From Vicugna vicugna (Eukaryota), in assembly GCA_013265495.1 (NCBI GenBank), contig MU058009.1, positions 3,243,780 to 3,307,779 on the forward strand: 64,000 nt of DNA. Direction: 5' to 3'. The position numbers were made by a program, and so were the translations under genes. This document shows positions 49,673 to 62,665 of the stretch, in pieces. The notes below the pieces were generated by a model. That model saw nothing but the letters and a program-made list of their open reading frames with translations, made no database searches and was not told where the DNA came from. Positions within the stretch are counted from its first letter, which is position 1. Each line of letters starts with the position of its first letter.

Positions 49673-50860
49673 TTTTGACCACTATTTCTTCAAATATGTT
49701 TTTATTGCTTTGTTGACTCTTCTTTAATTAAAAAAATATATATATATATATAGGGTATTTTGACCACTATTTCTTCAAATATGTTTTTATTGCTTTGTTG
49801 ACTCTTCTTTTGGTCCATCTTCAATTATACACAGGTTAAACCACTAAATGTTTTCCCACAAATATCTAATGCATTTCATTTTTAAATATTTTTATCTCCT
49901 GTTCTTCACTTCCAAAGATTTTTTTGTATTTCTGTCCTCAAATTCCTTGATGCTTTCTTCTGGTGCTTTTACTCTAGTGTTAAGACAGTCTAGTCTTTCG
50001 CTGTTGCTTTTTCCAGGTACTGTACTTTTCAGTTCTGGAGTTTCCGTTTGGTTCTTTTTTGTGGTTTTCTCTGACATTTTCCCCCATCTGTTCTTTCATT
50101 ATATTCATCTTTTTCTTCGAATTCTTGAACAATAGCAGCATTAAAGTTCTTGTTATCCATTTTCAACATCTGGGTCATCTTGGGGTCTCTTTTTATTCAC
50201 TACTTTTTCTCATAACATTGGGTCATATTTCTTATTTTCCCCCATATCTAATAAATTTTTCATTATATTTTGGATGTTGTAAGTGTTAACTTGTAGAGAC
50301 TGCGAATGCTTTAATTTTCCTCTGAAGAGTGATTATTTTTGATCTAGTAGGCAGTTAAATAACTGGCTAATGACCTTGAAATTTTGGAGGCTTGGTTTTA
50401 CACTTTGTTAGGACAGTTCTGTTTTGCACTTGTACCCAGTCCTACGGTGACACTCTTAGTTTCGAGAGGTAGCCTTTATTTCTAAATCTGATACTTCTGG
50501 GACGTCAGTGGAAGCTCAGGGTATTTCTAAGTACTTTAATTTAGTGTGATTCAGACTCCAACTTCTGCTTTCACGGTAGGGACGGCAGGTGAATTGTTGT
50601 CTCAGTTTTGTCTTCATCTGTTGCTTTCTGCTGGATCACTGAAGCTTCTTCATGCACGTGCTGTTCATGGGTCAGCCAAGGGTTGAGAGGAGTTTATACA
50701 CAGATTTGGGGGCCTGTTCCTCTTCAGTTCTCTCCATTCCTGGACTTTCCTTTTTTAATTTTCAGTTTCTCTGGAATACTTGAAATTTGTCCCCTGATTT
50801 TTCAAGTTAAAAAAACTATGGTTTTTCTGCTTGAGTTCTAGATGCCACTTGTCATGTGGC
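49560..50860 (-). mobile_element. Old L1 5' region / ORF1 remnant
   Basis: ORF 49892..50077: KNQTETPELKSTV..LDCLNTRVKAPEESIKEFEDR resembles the ORF1p coiled coil. Confidence 0.7.
49634..49810. repeat. Tandem duplication of (TA)n plus a 58-bp core
   Basis: gggtattttgaccactatttcttcaaatatgtttttattgctttgttgactcttcttt is identical at 49668-49725 and 49753-49810. Confidence 0.95.
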
Positions 50861-50886
50861 CCTAGGGCCTTAGATAAGGAGTCATA

Positions 50887-51056
50887 TGTCATGGTTAGCT
50901 TTGAATGTCAGTTTGACTAGGTTATCATATTCACTCAATCAAACACTAAGTGTTGCTACATAGGTATTTTGTAGATGTGGTTAAGATCTATAATCAGTTG
51001 ACTTTAAGTAAAGCAGGTTATCCTCTATAATCTGCGTGGGACTCATTCAGTCAGTC
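50887..51056 (+). mobile_element. MLT2 LTR 5' fragment
   Basis: tgtcatggttagctttgaatgtcagtttgactagg...ttgactttaagtaaagcag...gtgggactcattcagtcagt. Confidence 0.75.
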
Positions 51057-52879
51057 TTAGTGTTTTTTTCTAATTTATTTTTCATTATAATCTCCTCTGA
51101 CCATTTGATTATTTACAAATGCCTTATTTTGTCATTTCAAAAATTACTCTTAAAAATTGTTTTCTTATGGTTATTGATTTCTAAGTGACTTTTTAGTCAA
51201 AGAAAAACGTATTTTGCATGTTACCCATTCTTGAAGTTTTTTGAGACTTGCTTTCGTGCCCACGTTTTGCAAATTTCCCTAAGTGCCCCATGTGAATTTG
51301 AGTAAAACGTGCCTTTTCAAGTTATTGTTGGGTTTTGGAGGGCAGCCGACAGCACACAGCCGCCTTCTCCATGAGAGTCCTGGTAACAAGCACAAAGCAG
51401 AACAAAACGTTGGCAGACGGTGCCCACACTCTCCCTCCTACGACTGACCACGCTGACGTTGGAGAGTATGGCTTACGCCCGCCAAAGTAAGTGCTTTAAC
51501 GCTAAAGCTCCGATTTAGGGAGAATTTCCCGTCTGGTCACAGAGGGTGCTGGGCTCCGGCGGCCCTCTGTGATAATTGGGGGTGGCCGGGATGGTCAGAT
51601 GATGGTGTGGAGTAGCAAATCACCCGTGTGGTCCCTGCTGCAAGCTTGGGCCCAAGAGGAAGAGGAGAGGAAGCCTTGCATCTGTGTGTCGTGCTCTTCC
51701 TTCTACACTGAGGAGTCAGATTAACCCCCTAGAGGAGAGTGTGCTGGGACAGGAGAGGCCAAGTGTCCCTCCAGTGGAATCCCCACTGCGGGAAAGGACA
51801 TAGCAGAAGCATTCCCCTCCACTAACATTGTTCTCTGTATGTTCAGCATATCAGGTTTGTTCATTGCACTGTTCAAACCTTTCAAATCTTTATTTTATGA
51901 CAGCTTAGCCAAACGTAAAATATTTATATGTATCAGCTAGCATTTTCAAGTTTTTGTACGTGTTGTACATGATATTGCTAAAATAAATGTTGACTTTATA
52001 TTTGATAGATTTCTGCCTTTCTCTTTATGAAATCTCTGCCTTCTCTTCTGAAATAGTTTCTGTTGTATTTCCCTGCTTTAAAAGGACTGCTAAGTGGCTT
52101 TAATTTTTGTTTTTTTTTTAAATAATAAAAGCATTGAATGTTGCACATTGTCTTCTGAGTATGGGTTTTATGTTGCCTCATGTGTTGGTATGTTTTGTTC
52201 TTCTTTTCTTTGGTCTTAAGCATTTTCTTAAAAGGAGAGATAAGGTTAAAATGAACACCGAGGGTGGTCTCTATGAAAAACACAAGTGCTGAGTGACAAT
52301 AGGAGGTTGGGGAGGTGTCTGTGAAGAGAAACCTCGTGCTGTTAACTCAGGTGACAGTAGGGGGTCATTTGGTGGTGGGCAGGCTGGTTGTGCCTGCATG
52401 AAGGAGTCACTGGCTTTTGCTTTGCTTAATTTTTTTTCCCAGTTGACTTGACTGCCGTCTTCTGCATTCCTTCTCATGTCAGTTTCTAGATTCCTATTTC
52501 CTGCATAAGAACACAACCCTGTCTGCCCCTCGCAGCCCTCCCCTATCTCCTGCCTCATTCTCTAAGCACAGTGCCTCCAAAGAAGACAGTGTTCGCGTGG
52601 TGAGGAAGGTTGGTACCTAGGAATGTAACTTTGGTGGAAGTAACTCTCCGTTCCTACATTATTCTGTCACTGTAAATGGTTTGCCCATTCAGCAGGCAAT
52701 GAGGTTGCTTTCTCTTTGGCCCTAGGGAAGAAGAAATGCTGACTGGAGGAGGATGCAGGGTTGCAGGGACTTCTGTAAGAGGTGTTGGTATCAAGTGAAT
52801 TGTCCACTCTTGGTCACCTCTCATGAGTTATAGCAGTGTGTGACCCCCGAATAAGGGTAACTGTAGTGTAACTAACTCC

Positions 52880-53578
52880 AGAAAACAACAGAGGAAAATA
52901 ATAAGTGTTAGTGAAGATGTGGAGAAATTAGAACCCTTGTACATTGCTGGTGGGGGTGTAAAATGGTGCAGCCACCGTGGGAAACAGTATGGCAGCTCTT
53001 TAAAACCTTAAACACAGAATTACCATCTGTGTATACCCAAAAGTGTTGAAAGCAAGCAGTCAGATACCCGTTTGTAGCATTGTTCACAACAGTCAAAAGA
53101 TAGAAATAATTCAAATGCTCATTGATATGTGACTGGATACACAAAATGTGATCTATTCATACAATGAACATATGTTTATCTAGTGCAATATTACTCCACT
53201 GTAAAAGGAGATGCAGTTCTGAGAGATGCTACAACATTGGAAAAACCTTGGAAACATTATGCTATGTGAAATAAACCAGACGTGGAAGGACAAATACTGT
53301 ATGATTCCACATTTATGAGGTATCAAGAATGGTCAAATTCGGAGATAGAAATTAAATAGAACAGTGGTTACCAGACGCTGAGGGAGGAGATGAATGGAAG
53401 TTATTTTTTAATAGATACAGAGTTTCTGTTTGGGAAGATGAAGAAAGTCCTGGAAATACATGGTGGTGATGGTTTTACAGCATTGTGAAGGTACTCAGTA
53501 CTGCTGAATTGCAAACTTAAAAATCGTTAAAATGGTACATTTTATGTATGTTTTTCCCCAATAAAAAAAGCAAAAAAT
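52880..53578 (+). mobile_element. L1MB-type 3' end
   Basis: gatgtggagaaattagaacccttgtacattgctggtggg; aaggacaaatactgtatgattccac; gagtttctgtttgggaagatgaa; caataaaaaa. Confidence 0.88.
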
Positions 53579-55890
53579 AGCTCGTATAGTTCTTTAAAAG
53601 CTTTTGCACCTGTTTTCTTTGATTCTCTGGGTTACCTGCCCTTGCCGTGCTCTTCCAGGTCATCCTGTGCTTATCCTTTCAGACCACGAAGCCCAGGGAG
53701 CTTGTTACATTGTGTCAAGTGTTTGTTACACGGTTGCCTCACTGGACTGCAGGTTTTGAGACGGCGGGTTGCCTTTGTCTTGTTCACTGCTGTGTCCCAG
53801 GACCTATTACAGTGTCTGGCAAAGAGTAGGGATTCACACATGTCTTGAATGCAGTAGCAAGTCATGTAGATATATAAGATGGTAGCTAGAAATCTCAAGT
53901 CTTCTGACTCTCAATCTAGTCCTCTTCTGTCGGGACAGCCCAGTACATTCTAATGATGTCTTTACTTCTAGCGTTTAAGCCGTAACTGCCTCTCGGTGTG
54001 GGCGGTAGTTTTGTCTTTCCCTAAAATAGCGTTTGCAATGTGCACGCTGCTTTATGTTTTAATCGTGAATTCCACTACCACCAAGAAGGCTTTTTTCCTT
54101 GCATACCTGACATCACCTTTCCCTCATCACCTCTAAGATTACCTCTAGAAATATTAAGGCAGAATTTCCCAGGCAAGAAGGGAACTGACAGATCCACAGC
54201 AACACTTCTGATTAGCCAGAGATTTAATCACCCATTATCATATTCTAGGGGAAGGTTTCCTCTCACTCTTCACACCTTCTATCAACCCAAAGAATTTCCA
54301 AGCACATTGTTTTCAAAACTGAGGTCAGCTCAATACCAGAAGTATATGGGTTTCTAAGTAACATCTTCCAAATGCATTATTTGTAAACATTTGGCTATTC
54401 TGGAATTCGGGGGGAGCTATTAAAGAAAAATAGCTGAAAAGCACAGGAAGTCCGGCTGGGTCCCAGGAAGGGAGAGGAAGAAGGCTTGAGAGGTGAAGGG
54501 GTTAGTTACGTGAACACAGAAGGCGGTGGGCAAGCACTTTGGAATGGCTGCAAACCCTCCGGCGCTATGGCAGGACTGTCCCCAGCAGAGGGCGATGTTG
54601 GTCTGTGCGAAGCCTCCTGGGTACCCACTCCAGCATCCTTTGATCATTGCAGTTTTGTCTACTTGCCATTACTTTTTTTTAGCTTTGGTGACCATAACCT
54701 TAGGAAAGCCTTGCGATCTGAGGTTTGGGCAACGGTTCAAGGTTTATTGGGAACTACCTTATGCACTTTCTCAGGATGGAAAGAGCTCTCTCTCATTGGC
54801 ACCAAAGGCCTGGGGACAGAGGCTGAAACTAAACTTAACAAGAAAGCTTTCAAGGCAAACAGCTCCATCTACTCTCCCAGACCCGGCTTCCTCTTCTCTC
54901 TGAACCCTCGGCTTTGAAATCAGATTCTCTTTTCTGCAGGTTGCAAAGAGATGTCGGAGCACGCAAGCCCGGCCTCAGTACGGCTTGTCTCGGAGAAGAC
55001 TGAATTAGCGGAGCATGGGCGCCGACGACAGCCGAGAAAGGCGGGGGAGTAATACCCTTTTCACTCGACAGCGAGCTAAGGGACGTCTTTGTAGCTCACA
55101 CAGGAAGCCTGGGAAAGGCCGGGCGGTCGTGAATGCCGACGCCTTTGGGATTCCTGCCAAGGGGACTCGACTTGCACGCTCCAGGCCGTGACAACTTCAT
55201 AGGCAGTGCAGAGAGTGACGGGTTGGCCCACGTGGGAGGCTTTGCGCCTGATGCGCTTGCAGCCCTCTGGGCCACCGCTACCCGCTTTGGGCAGCCGTCT
55301 CCACCCCCGGAGAGATTAGGAGACGCCGTTTACACTTCCCGCGATCATACTCAGTTATCCGTGTGAGTACGGAAGTGGGGGCTGTGGGGAGGGGTCTGTG
55401 GTCTCCTATCACAGGCAGCTGCTGGGCGTATTAAATCATGGGCTTTTGCTTTAAAAGGTCAAGTCTCTTATTCATGGTGGGGGAACAGGAGTCAGGCCTG
55501 ATGGCTCAGAGCTGGAGATAAGAGGAGAAAGTAGACATCTCCCGGGCACCGTGCTGTGCCCAGGGCTCCTCCTTCACTAGCAACCTTATAGCCTCATTAC
55601 GTCAGAGCAGTTCCCTCCTCTTTGACCATGTAGTGAACTTAAGAGAGTTTAAGGAATCCATCTGAGCTTCCAGGGTTAGAGCCAGATTTGGACCCAGGTG
55701 TCTGCCTCCAAATTCCTGGTTCTTTCTGCCCAGCAACTCTGGACTCCTCTGGGCTCAAGGAGGTCGAATCTTACCACGTGTGTAGCTCAGTTGCCTTCTC
55801 GGGGTTGGTACAAATGGCCTGTGGGAAGCTGAAGGGAAGTCGTTGTAGGGAAAAGTGGCCCGTGGGGAATGTGTGCATCTGCATCCCAGC

Positions 55891-56095
55891 CTCCTTGCAG
55901 GAACCTGGGCTGCAGGCTGGACCAGCCCCACACTGCTTCCCTCCTTGCAGGGACCTGGGCTGCAGGCTGGACCAGCCCCACACCGCTTCCCTCCTTGCAG
56001 GGACCTGGGCTGCAGGCTGGACCAGCCCCACACCGCTTCCCTCCTTGCAGGGACCTGGGCTGCAGGCTGGACCAGCCCCCGCACCGCTTCCCTCC
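55891..56095. repeat. 50-bp minisatellite, 4 copies
   Basis: Unit ctccttgcagggacctgggctgcaggctggaccagccccacaccgcttcc at 55891, 55941, 55991 and 56041; copies near-identical. Confidence 0.97.
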
Positions 56096-56266
56096 TGGGA
56101 AGGCACAGCCCAGGCCTGTGTGTTCTGAGAACCGAGTTGACCAGAGCCCATGCTGCTGGGCTTCCGGATCTAATCTGTAAAGCATCCCATGCAGAGCCTC
56201 TGAGGCTTCTGGGAAGGAAATACTCCCTTGAAGAGAAGTGTGGCTTTGTTAAAACCTATTGGAAGG

Positions 56267-56530
56267 TCCAGGGGGGAAGGAGGTGGGAAGTGATAACTGG
56301 GAGTTCGAGATTTGCAGACACTGACTGCAGTATGTAGAATAGATAAACGGCAGGCTTCTCCTGTGCAGCACAGGGAGCTATATTCAATGTCTTGTACTAA
56401 CCTGTAATGAGAAAGAATATGAAAAGGAACACATGTGTGCACGTGTGTGACTGCAACATGACGCTGTGCTCCAGAAACGGATGCAACATTGTAAACCGAC
56501 TATACTTCAATTAAAAAACAAAACAAAACA
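56267..56530 (+). mobile_element. 5'-truncated artiodactyl-type L1 3' end with TSD
   Basis: gggagttcgagatttgcagacact...agcacagggagctatattcaa...attgtaaaccgactatacttcaattaaaaaa. TSD aaaacctattggaagg / aaaacctccaggaagg. Confidence 0.9.
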
Positions 56531-59474
56531 AAAACCTCCAGGAAGGAGTTTCACTCTATCTCAGGAACAAATCACTGGGTCTAGGAGCTAAATGTGTGGT
56601 GCTCAGGTGTGTGCTGCCGACCAGCTTTGCCAGCGTGGGTTCTGCAGACGCGATGATGACCGTAGTGATGACCGCGAGGACAGGGAGGGTGGCTGGAGGG
56701 GTGCCCGCGCAGTAGATGTGGATGTGGTCCCCGTGAGGTCGGCGTGACCTGGACGGAGTGACATGGGAAGTGGAGAGAGGCCCAGACGGCAGTGAGGCGG
56801 AGGCGGAGGTGGAGCCCGGGAGGTAGGAGGACCACAGCTGGGAGTGGAGCCATTTGCTCCTGGGTGGCGGGAGTTGCTCACTACGTCTAAATGTGACATG
56901 AAACCCCTGCCGGCCAGAGCTCCTCAGCCCTGGGGGTGTGGGGAGCTCTCCAAGAAGCTGTCCTGTTGGGGGGGGTTCCAGTCTTCCACCAGGAAGTGCG
57001 GTTTAAGCCTCGACGTGACCTGGGCCCGCACCGCCGGGAGCATCCCTGTCTGTGCCCAGCTGTTCGCCCCTCTCGAATGCCCTTCTTGGCTTCTGCAGCT
57101 GACTGAGTCCCAGTCACTTTTCAAGACCTGTGTGTCACCTCTCTTTTCATTCTTCCTCCTCATTGTCAAACCTGGCACGCAGTAACCCATCAGAGCTGAG
57201 CCTGGCCCTTACAGTGCTGAGAAAGAACACTGTGTTGACAGAGTTCTCTTAGGGTCTGGGGGGCGTGGGGGTGGGGCAAAGCCAGGACACTCATGAGGCT
57301 CTGAAGTCTCCTTTAAGGTGGGCCTTTAAATGCAGAAGCTTGTCTAGGACTGGGTAAAGGCCTACGACTGGCAGACATGGGGAGGGGAGGGTTTGGAGGA
57401 TTGGATCAGAGGAGGCTTGGATCCATTTGATGTTACCTGTTGAAAAACTGATCAATTTGAAGTGGATTTTCAGGATGTTCAGTTATTTGCAAAACTTACC
57501 TCCCCGGGCATGGCTTTTCTGGAATAACAAGGGCACGTCAGTGAAGATGGCAAGATAATTACATTGTTCGTGCGTGAGGCCAGGTGGGTGAGGATAGGCT
57601 TGGTTGTCACCATCCGTAGAAGGCGACTTGTTGCTCTCTCACCATGGCAGACACGGCCATCTGTCCCAGTTCCCTCACAGCCATCGTCACAGGAGACGCC
57701 AGCTCTGGGTCTCTGCCTGTCCCCTCATGTGAGCCCTTTGAGGTCAGGGCCTGAGTTTACAAACAATTGGACATACAAACATCAAAAGCGTTTGTGGAAT
57801 TAATGAAGGAAAATTTCCAAGTGTGGTCCCTACCCCAGGAACGGGCTGTTACATTTAGAGCAGTTCTTCAGTCCCCCTCCCCCGTCTTCCCTCCTCCGGC
57901 CTCTTGCGCTCAAAGAACATGGGAGGGAAATGTGATCAATTGGGAGAGAGGAAGAAACATGACACCGTATATCCTGCATCTAGTCTTTCATCAGAAGCAC
58001 GGACACATATTCCTGAGGGAGGGAAAATGGTCAGAACAGGCATGAGAAAGCGTAATGTTCCTGAGACACGCCTGGCGGGACTTGCTGGCAGCCTGCCCTT
58101 TGCTTCTGAATCAGTGCGTGGATTCAAAGCCGGATTATGTTCCTGGCTCCAGTATTATTGTGCCTTCGTTTTGTTGCTTAATCTTCCAGAATCAATCAGA
58201 ATTCAGTGTCTGAGCTCTCTACAGAAATTGCCTGGGAGGGAGCTCAGCCAAACTCAGGGCCACTTCATGAGTTTTCTGCTGGGCCCATAGCCATCACTAG
58301 GAAGGAACCCCAGCTGGCACCCAGAGCCCCCGCTTCATTTGCCATTTCTGTGCTCAGACAACACGCAGGAGGCACCTTCCAGCGGCCTCGCACCTGCCCG
58401 TGACTCCAGGTAGTACTGGAGCCTGCGGATTTTCTTCTCGAGCCACCAGGGAAAGGATGAGACAGGGCTGGGGGGTGGAGGGAGCTGAACCAGGGCAGGA
58501 TTACGGTCCTGCCAGATAATAAGGCTGCCGATAGTGCAGGGGATGGATTCACATTTGCATAACAGCCTTGTCAATAACAGCCCTTCCCAGTCTAACTGGG
58601 GAAATTAAAAGGCAGCGATCGATGTGCTGTTCCTGCCAGTTGCTTGTCTGGGCCTCTTCCTTCCCTGGGTGATCCAGCCCCCCAGATGGCAGAAGTGTCA
58701 CTTAGGGAGGCAGAGTCCCAGGGCAGGAGGGAGAAGACCGGTGGGCGCGTCCACACTGGCCCCCTGCTGGTCAGAAGAACAGCTCTAGACCGAAGGTGAT
58801 GTCCACTCAATAAAAGGGTGAAATTAGGAGTTCGCAGAGGATGGCCACTATCTTGCTAAAGAACAAGAAGAGATGATTAGTGCTGAGTTACGGCTGGAAA
58901 TCGTGGCTTACGTTCATCGGGCCCCCGAGTAGTTTGCCTCACGGCAGCGCACTAGACAGAAGTGAAAGTGAAGCAGAGACATCCACGCGGCCACGTGAAC
59001 AGACCTACCTAGCGTTCCTTTAAGCGGCAAAAAGCAAGTCCCATGCATGTCCTGTGACACCCTTTATACAAGGTTTCAGAGCTGAAAATACACTGTTAGG
59101 CATGTATGTTTTTACAAAAATGAAACAAAAAGCTGTGAAGTGCTCCACCCGTCACGTGGGGTGTGGTTGTCTCTGGGAGAGAGGAGGAAGTGCGCTGGGA
59201 GCAGCTGAGAGGCTGACGGGTTACGGATGCTCAGTGTGTCGTGAATGAGCACAGAGAATGAGGGAGGGTGCTGTGGACACCAGGGCTGGATGTGTCACGG
59301 ACCAAGGATTATCGCTCATTCCAGCTCTGTGTACCTGAGGGGAACATGGACACGTACCCGCGGGCAGATAACGACACGAACACCTAAGCCCAGCACATCA
59401 GACACTGAGCACCCGGCCGTGGGCAGATGCTGGCCTCAGTGTCCTGAATGCATCGTCTCATTGGCTCCGTAGGC

Positions 59475-59605
59475 CCACGTTGTGAAGTAGGTCATGTTTT
59501 AAATCCCATATTACGTACAAGGATATGAGGCTTAGAGAGGTTAAGTCACTTGCCCAAGGTCACGTGGAGATCGGATGGTAGGTCTAGGACTTGACCTAAG
59601 TCCAG
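59475..59605 (-). mobile_element. MIR SINE
   Basis: tgaggcttagagaggttaagtcacttgcccaaggtcac is the MIR core. Confidence 0.85.
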
Positions 59606-60813
59606 CAACTAATCTCTTGGTTCAAAATTCCTAGCTCGGTTCCTTCTTGCACCTTGACAGTCCCTGGAGCTCCTCACTTTGGCTGCTTGGCACCTGCTGC
59701 CTTAGAACCTAGCGGGTCACACGGCACTGGTCACTAGGTGTGTGAAACACTCAGCGTCTCCTTTAGGCTGACACTGCCAGCCCACGGTCCCTGTCTGAGG
59801 CCGTTGTGGTGGGTCGTCTGGGCATGGACGTGACCACTGACTCGATGTGAGCTCCTTAACCCACCGGGGGTCTCACCCTAGTCCCTCGCCTCATGGTGAT
59901 GGCTCTAGGACGTGATCTGAGCTAGAGAACTTGGCGTGGGACCTGGAGATGCCGAGCTCATCAGACCTGCCCTCCCAGAATTTGGATTGTGGGGTGTGGA
60001 GAGCGTGGGCTGGCTGACGGAGAGCGGAGAAAGCATGCAGCAAAGGAGACAGAAGGCCCGGGAAACACACAGGGCCCGAGACAGACCAAGGAAGGGGAAG
60101 TCACTTGCGCAGGGACCCAGAACTTAGTGACAACCTGGGGCTCTCTGGATCCGTGTATATGTGACGCTCGTCCACAACGTCACGCATCCTCGTGAACGCG
60201 GTAGAAAGCCAAAGCAGGAGTGATGACGGGTACGAGACGGCAGAATCCTTTTCCTTTATAACGTGGGCAAACGACGGTGGCGTTTGCGCTCGCTTTTCTC
60301 AAACGGGAGATTTCCTTGTAACAACCATTTCTGGGAACTGACTTGGAGGCCACAGACCAGCAGGGCCTCTGGCGAGCTCAAGGAAGAAACTAGCATGAGG
60401 AATAAAATTAAGTTGAAAACCGCCTTTGACATTTAGGAAAAGTCAACAACCATCTAAGTGATGAGAGAGACCAGAAATGTAGCTGGCTGAATGTCAATTT
60501 TAAAACTAGAAAGATAGCTGCTACTTTATCTCGCTGAGCAGGTGTTTCTGAGCGGTAAATAACTCACGGATGGTCTATTAAACTTTAATGCTTGTGATAA
60601 CGGCAAAAGAGCATGTTGCCACCCTCCTAAAAATACATACATATATATATAAAAACAAACAGCAATTTTCAGCGTTTGCGCTGTGCACCATTTTCTTTTC
60701 ACAGTTGTTTTACTGCATTATCTTTGCTATTATCTTGACCACAGGGCCCTGCTGCACAAAGCTGATTTGCCGTCGTGGGCAGGACAACCTGATGTAATTA
60801 ACTGTCTGGCAAG

Positions 60814-60997
60814 TGTACAACGATCATTTCCACATAAAAAAAGGTTCTCTCCTTGAATGAACACCCTCCAAGTAAGGCACGGATTCCCCTGCCTGTAAGA
60901 CGAGGGTAAAAACGACCTTTCCAACATAAAAAAGGTTCTCTCCTTGAATGAACACCCTCCAAGTAAGGCACGGATTCCCCTGCCTGTAAGACGGGGG
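60814..60997. repeat. 91-bp tandem duplication
   Basis: aaaaggttctctccttgaatgaacaccctccaagtaaggcacggattcccctgcctgtaagacg occurs twice (ggttctctcc at 60843 and 60934). Confidence 0.95.
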
Positions 60998-61482
60998 ATG
61001 AGATTTAAAATGTTTTTTTTCTTTTTTGGAGCGGGGAGGCATGCTTCCCCTTGCTTTCTTCATTTAGTTTGAACGCATCGTCTCGGTGAGGTTTTTATTG
61101 AAATAGTAATTATGGCACATCAAAATGACTTTAGAAAAATATACGGAAGGGGAAAAAAATGGAGCAACGTAATTGGAAAAAGGTTAGCTGGGAAGAGATG
61201 TGCAATTTGAATCAGCCAGATGAGCGTTATTAGCCAATAATGAGGCTTTGCACGTCTATTACACTGGCTTTTGTAGCTGAGCCTTGAAAAACCATGAGCT
61301 AATGGCGCTGCCCGCCCTCCCCCGGGCTGGGGTCGCCATCGCCAGCGTCTGATGAATGGGGAAAACAAGCCACCAAGACCAGGTGAGCCTGGCTTTTCTT
61401 CAGTTCAAACTGCTTATTAACGCTGTGGTTCAGAATAAAGCTTAGGAACTCCAGCTCTCAGGTTCTCGTGCTGGTTTGTTTC

Positions 61483-61980
61483 TGAAGGGGAGGAAAACGG
61501 GCCACTCCAAACTATGCCGTTTTGGCATATTGATTAGATGGAATTAAAGTTACTTAAGAAACAGCCAGTGCGAAAGGACACTCTGAGCCTCCTTCGTCCC
61601 CCAGAGGGCGAAATAAATCTCCCCCATGGCCTGTCCCTCCCCAGCACGGGGATGAGGAGGAGAAATGGCCTTATCACCCGAGACAGGGAGTTTAAGGCCG
61701 AGATGGCTGTACAAACAAACCTTGGGACTATTTCACTAATTTACTACTCCAGGCCCAAACCCCTCTGTCTTGTCAGTTCTTCACAAATTTATTGTTTCTT
61801 TGTCCAAAACGTATAACCGCCGCCTGCTGGGGTCACTTCTTTGAGTCTCATATTTTTCTGGATTCCTGTACGTGCAGAATTAAATTTGTGCTTCTCCTGT
61901 TAATCTGTCTTATGTCAAGTTAATTACTAGGCCGTCCAAGGAACCCAGGAGGGAGGGAGGGAAAGGTTTTCCCTCCCTCC
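61483..61980 (+). mobile_element. MER34-like ERV1 solo LTR
   Basis: ggccactccaaactatgccgttttggcatattgatta; attaaatttgtgcttctcctgttaatctgtcttatgtca; terminal gaaaggttttccctccc. Confidence 0.8.
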
Positions 61981-62189
61981 CTCTCCTTTTCCTGGTGTCC
62001 AGTTTCTCTTTCCCTGCCCTGAACACCCAGGGCTCAGGGTGCCAAGACAGTGAGGCACCGCGGGGGTGGGGTTGGGAGATGGGTGTAAGAACTCACACAC
62101 AGTGGGGCTTACGTCTGGTAGAGCAGCAGGTGGCCAGGCGTGAGCAGAGAAAGGGGGACATGGGCCAAATGGCAGGAAATCACACATCT

Positions 62190-62665
62190 TGTGAACAACG
62201 GGGGCCCTTTGGACAGACCAAGAGAAACAGGAACCTCTGGACTGATAAGAAACCAGGAATTCTGGGCTGTCGAGCGTCCTGGAGGCAAGGAAAGGTGGGA
62301 CAGGACGGGAATCTCCACCGTCCGAATGTGACCTTTGTTCATTATGACCTCGTCTGACTTCCGACTGAGGCTGAGTAAGGACAAAAACCCCTCCTCCCCA
62401 GGGAAGGCGGGGCTGGGACGGAGACCAGGAAAGACGCCCCCACGCCCCTCCCCACCAGGGGCTCTTCTGCCCCCTCACTTTCACACCCACGACAGCCAGC
62501 CTGCCGGGGGCACTCGGGCAGCTCCCACCTGGGTCTGCCCGCTCTTCCCTTGAGAGCAAACCGTCTGCCCCTTAACAATCCTCGCTTTGCTTTCCTGACC
62601 TCCGCGTCTCTCCGTGTTTCTGAATTCCTTCTGGGATGAGACAGGAACCTTCTCGCTGACGACAA
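62190..62665 (+). mobile_element. ERV1-type LTR (family uncertain)
   Basis: U5-like end tgaattccttct..gagacaggaacc..gaca, preceded by gggcagctcccacctgggtctgccc and an R-like region. Confidence 0.5.

Noticed and set aside
55891..56095. CRISPR-like array or repeat-protein ORFs
   Set aside because: The units are head-to-tail with no unique spacers, and the context is mammalian. The ORFs in several frames are a by-product of the repeat.
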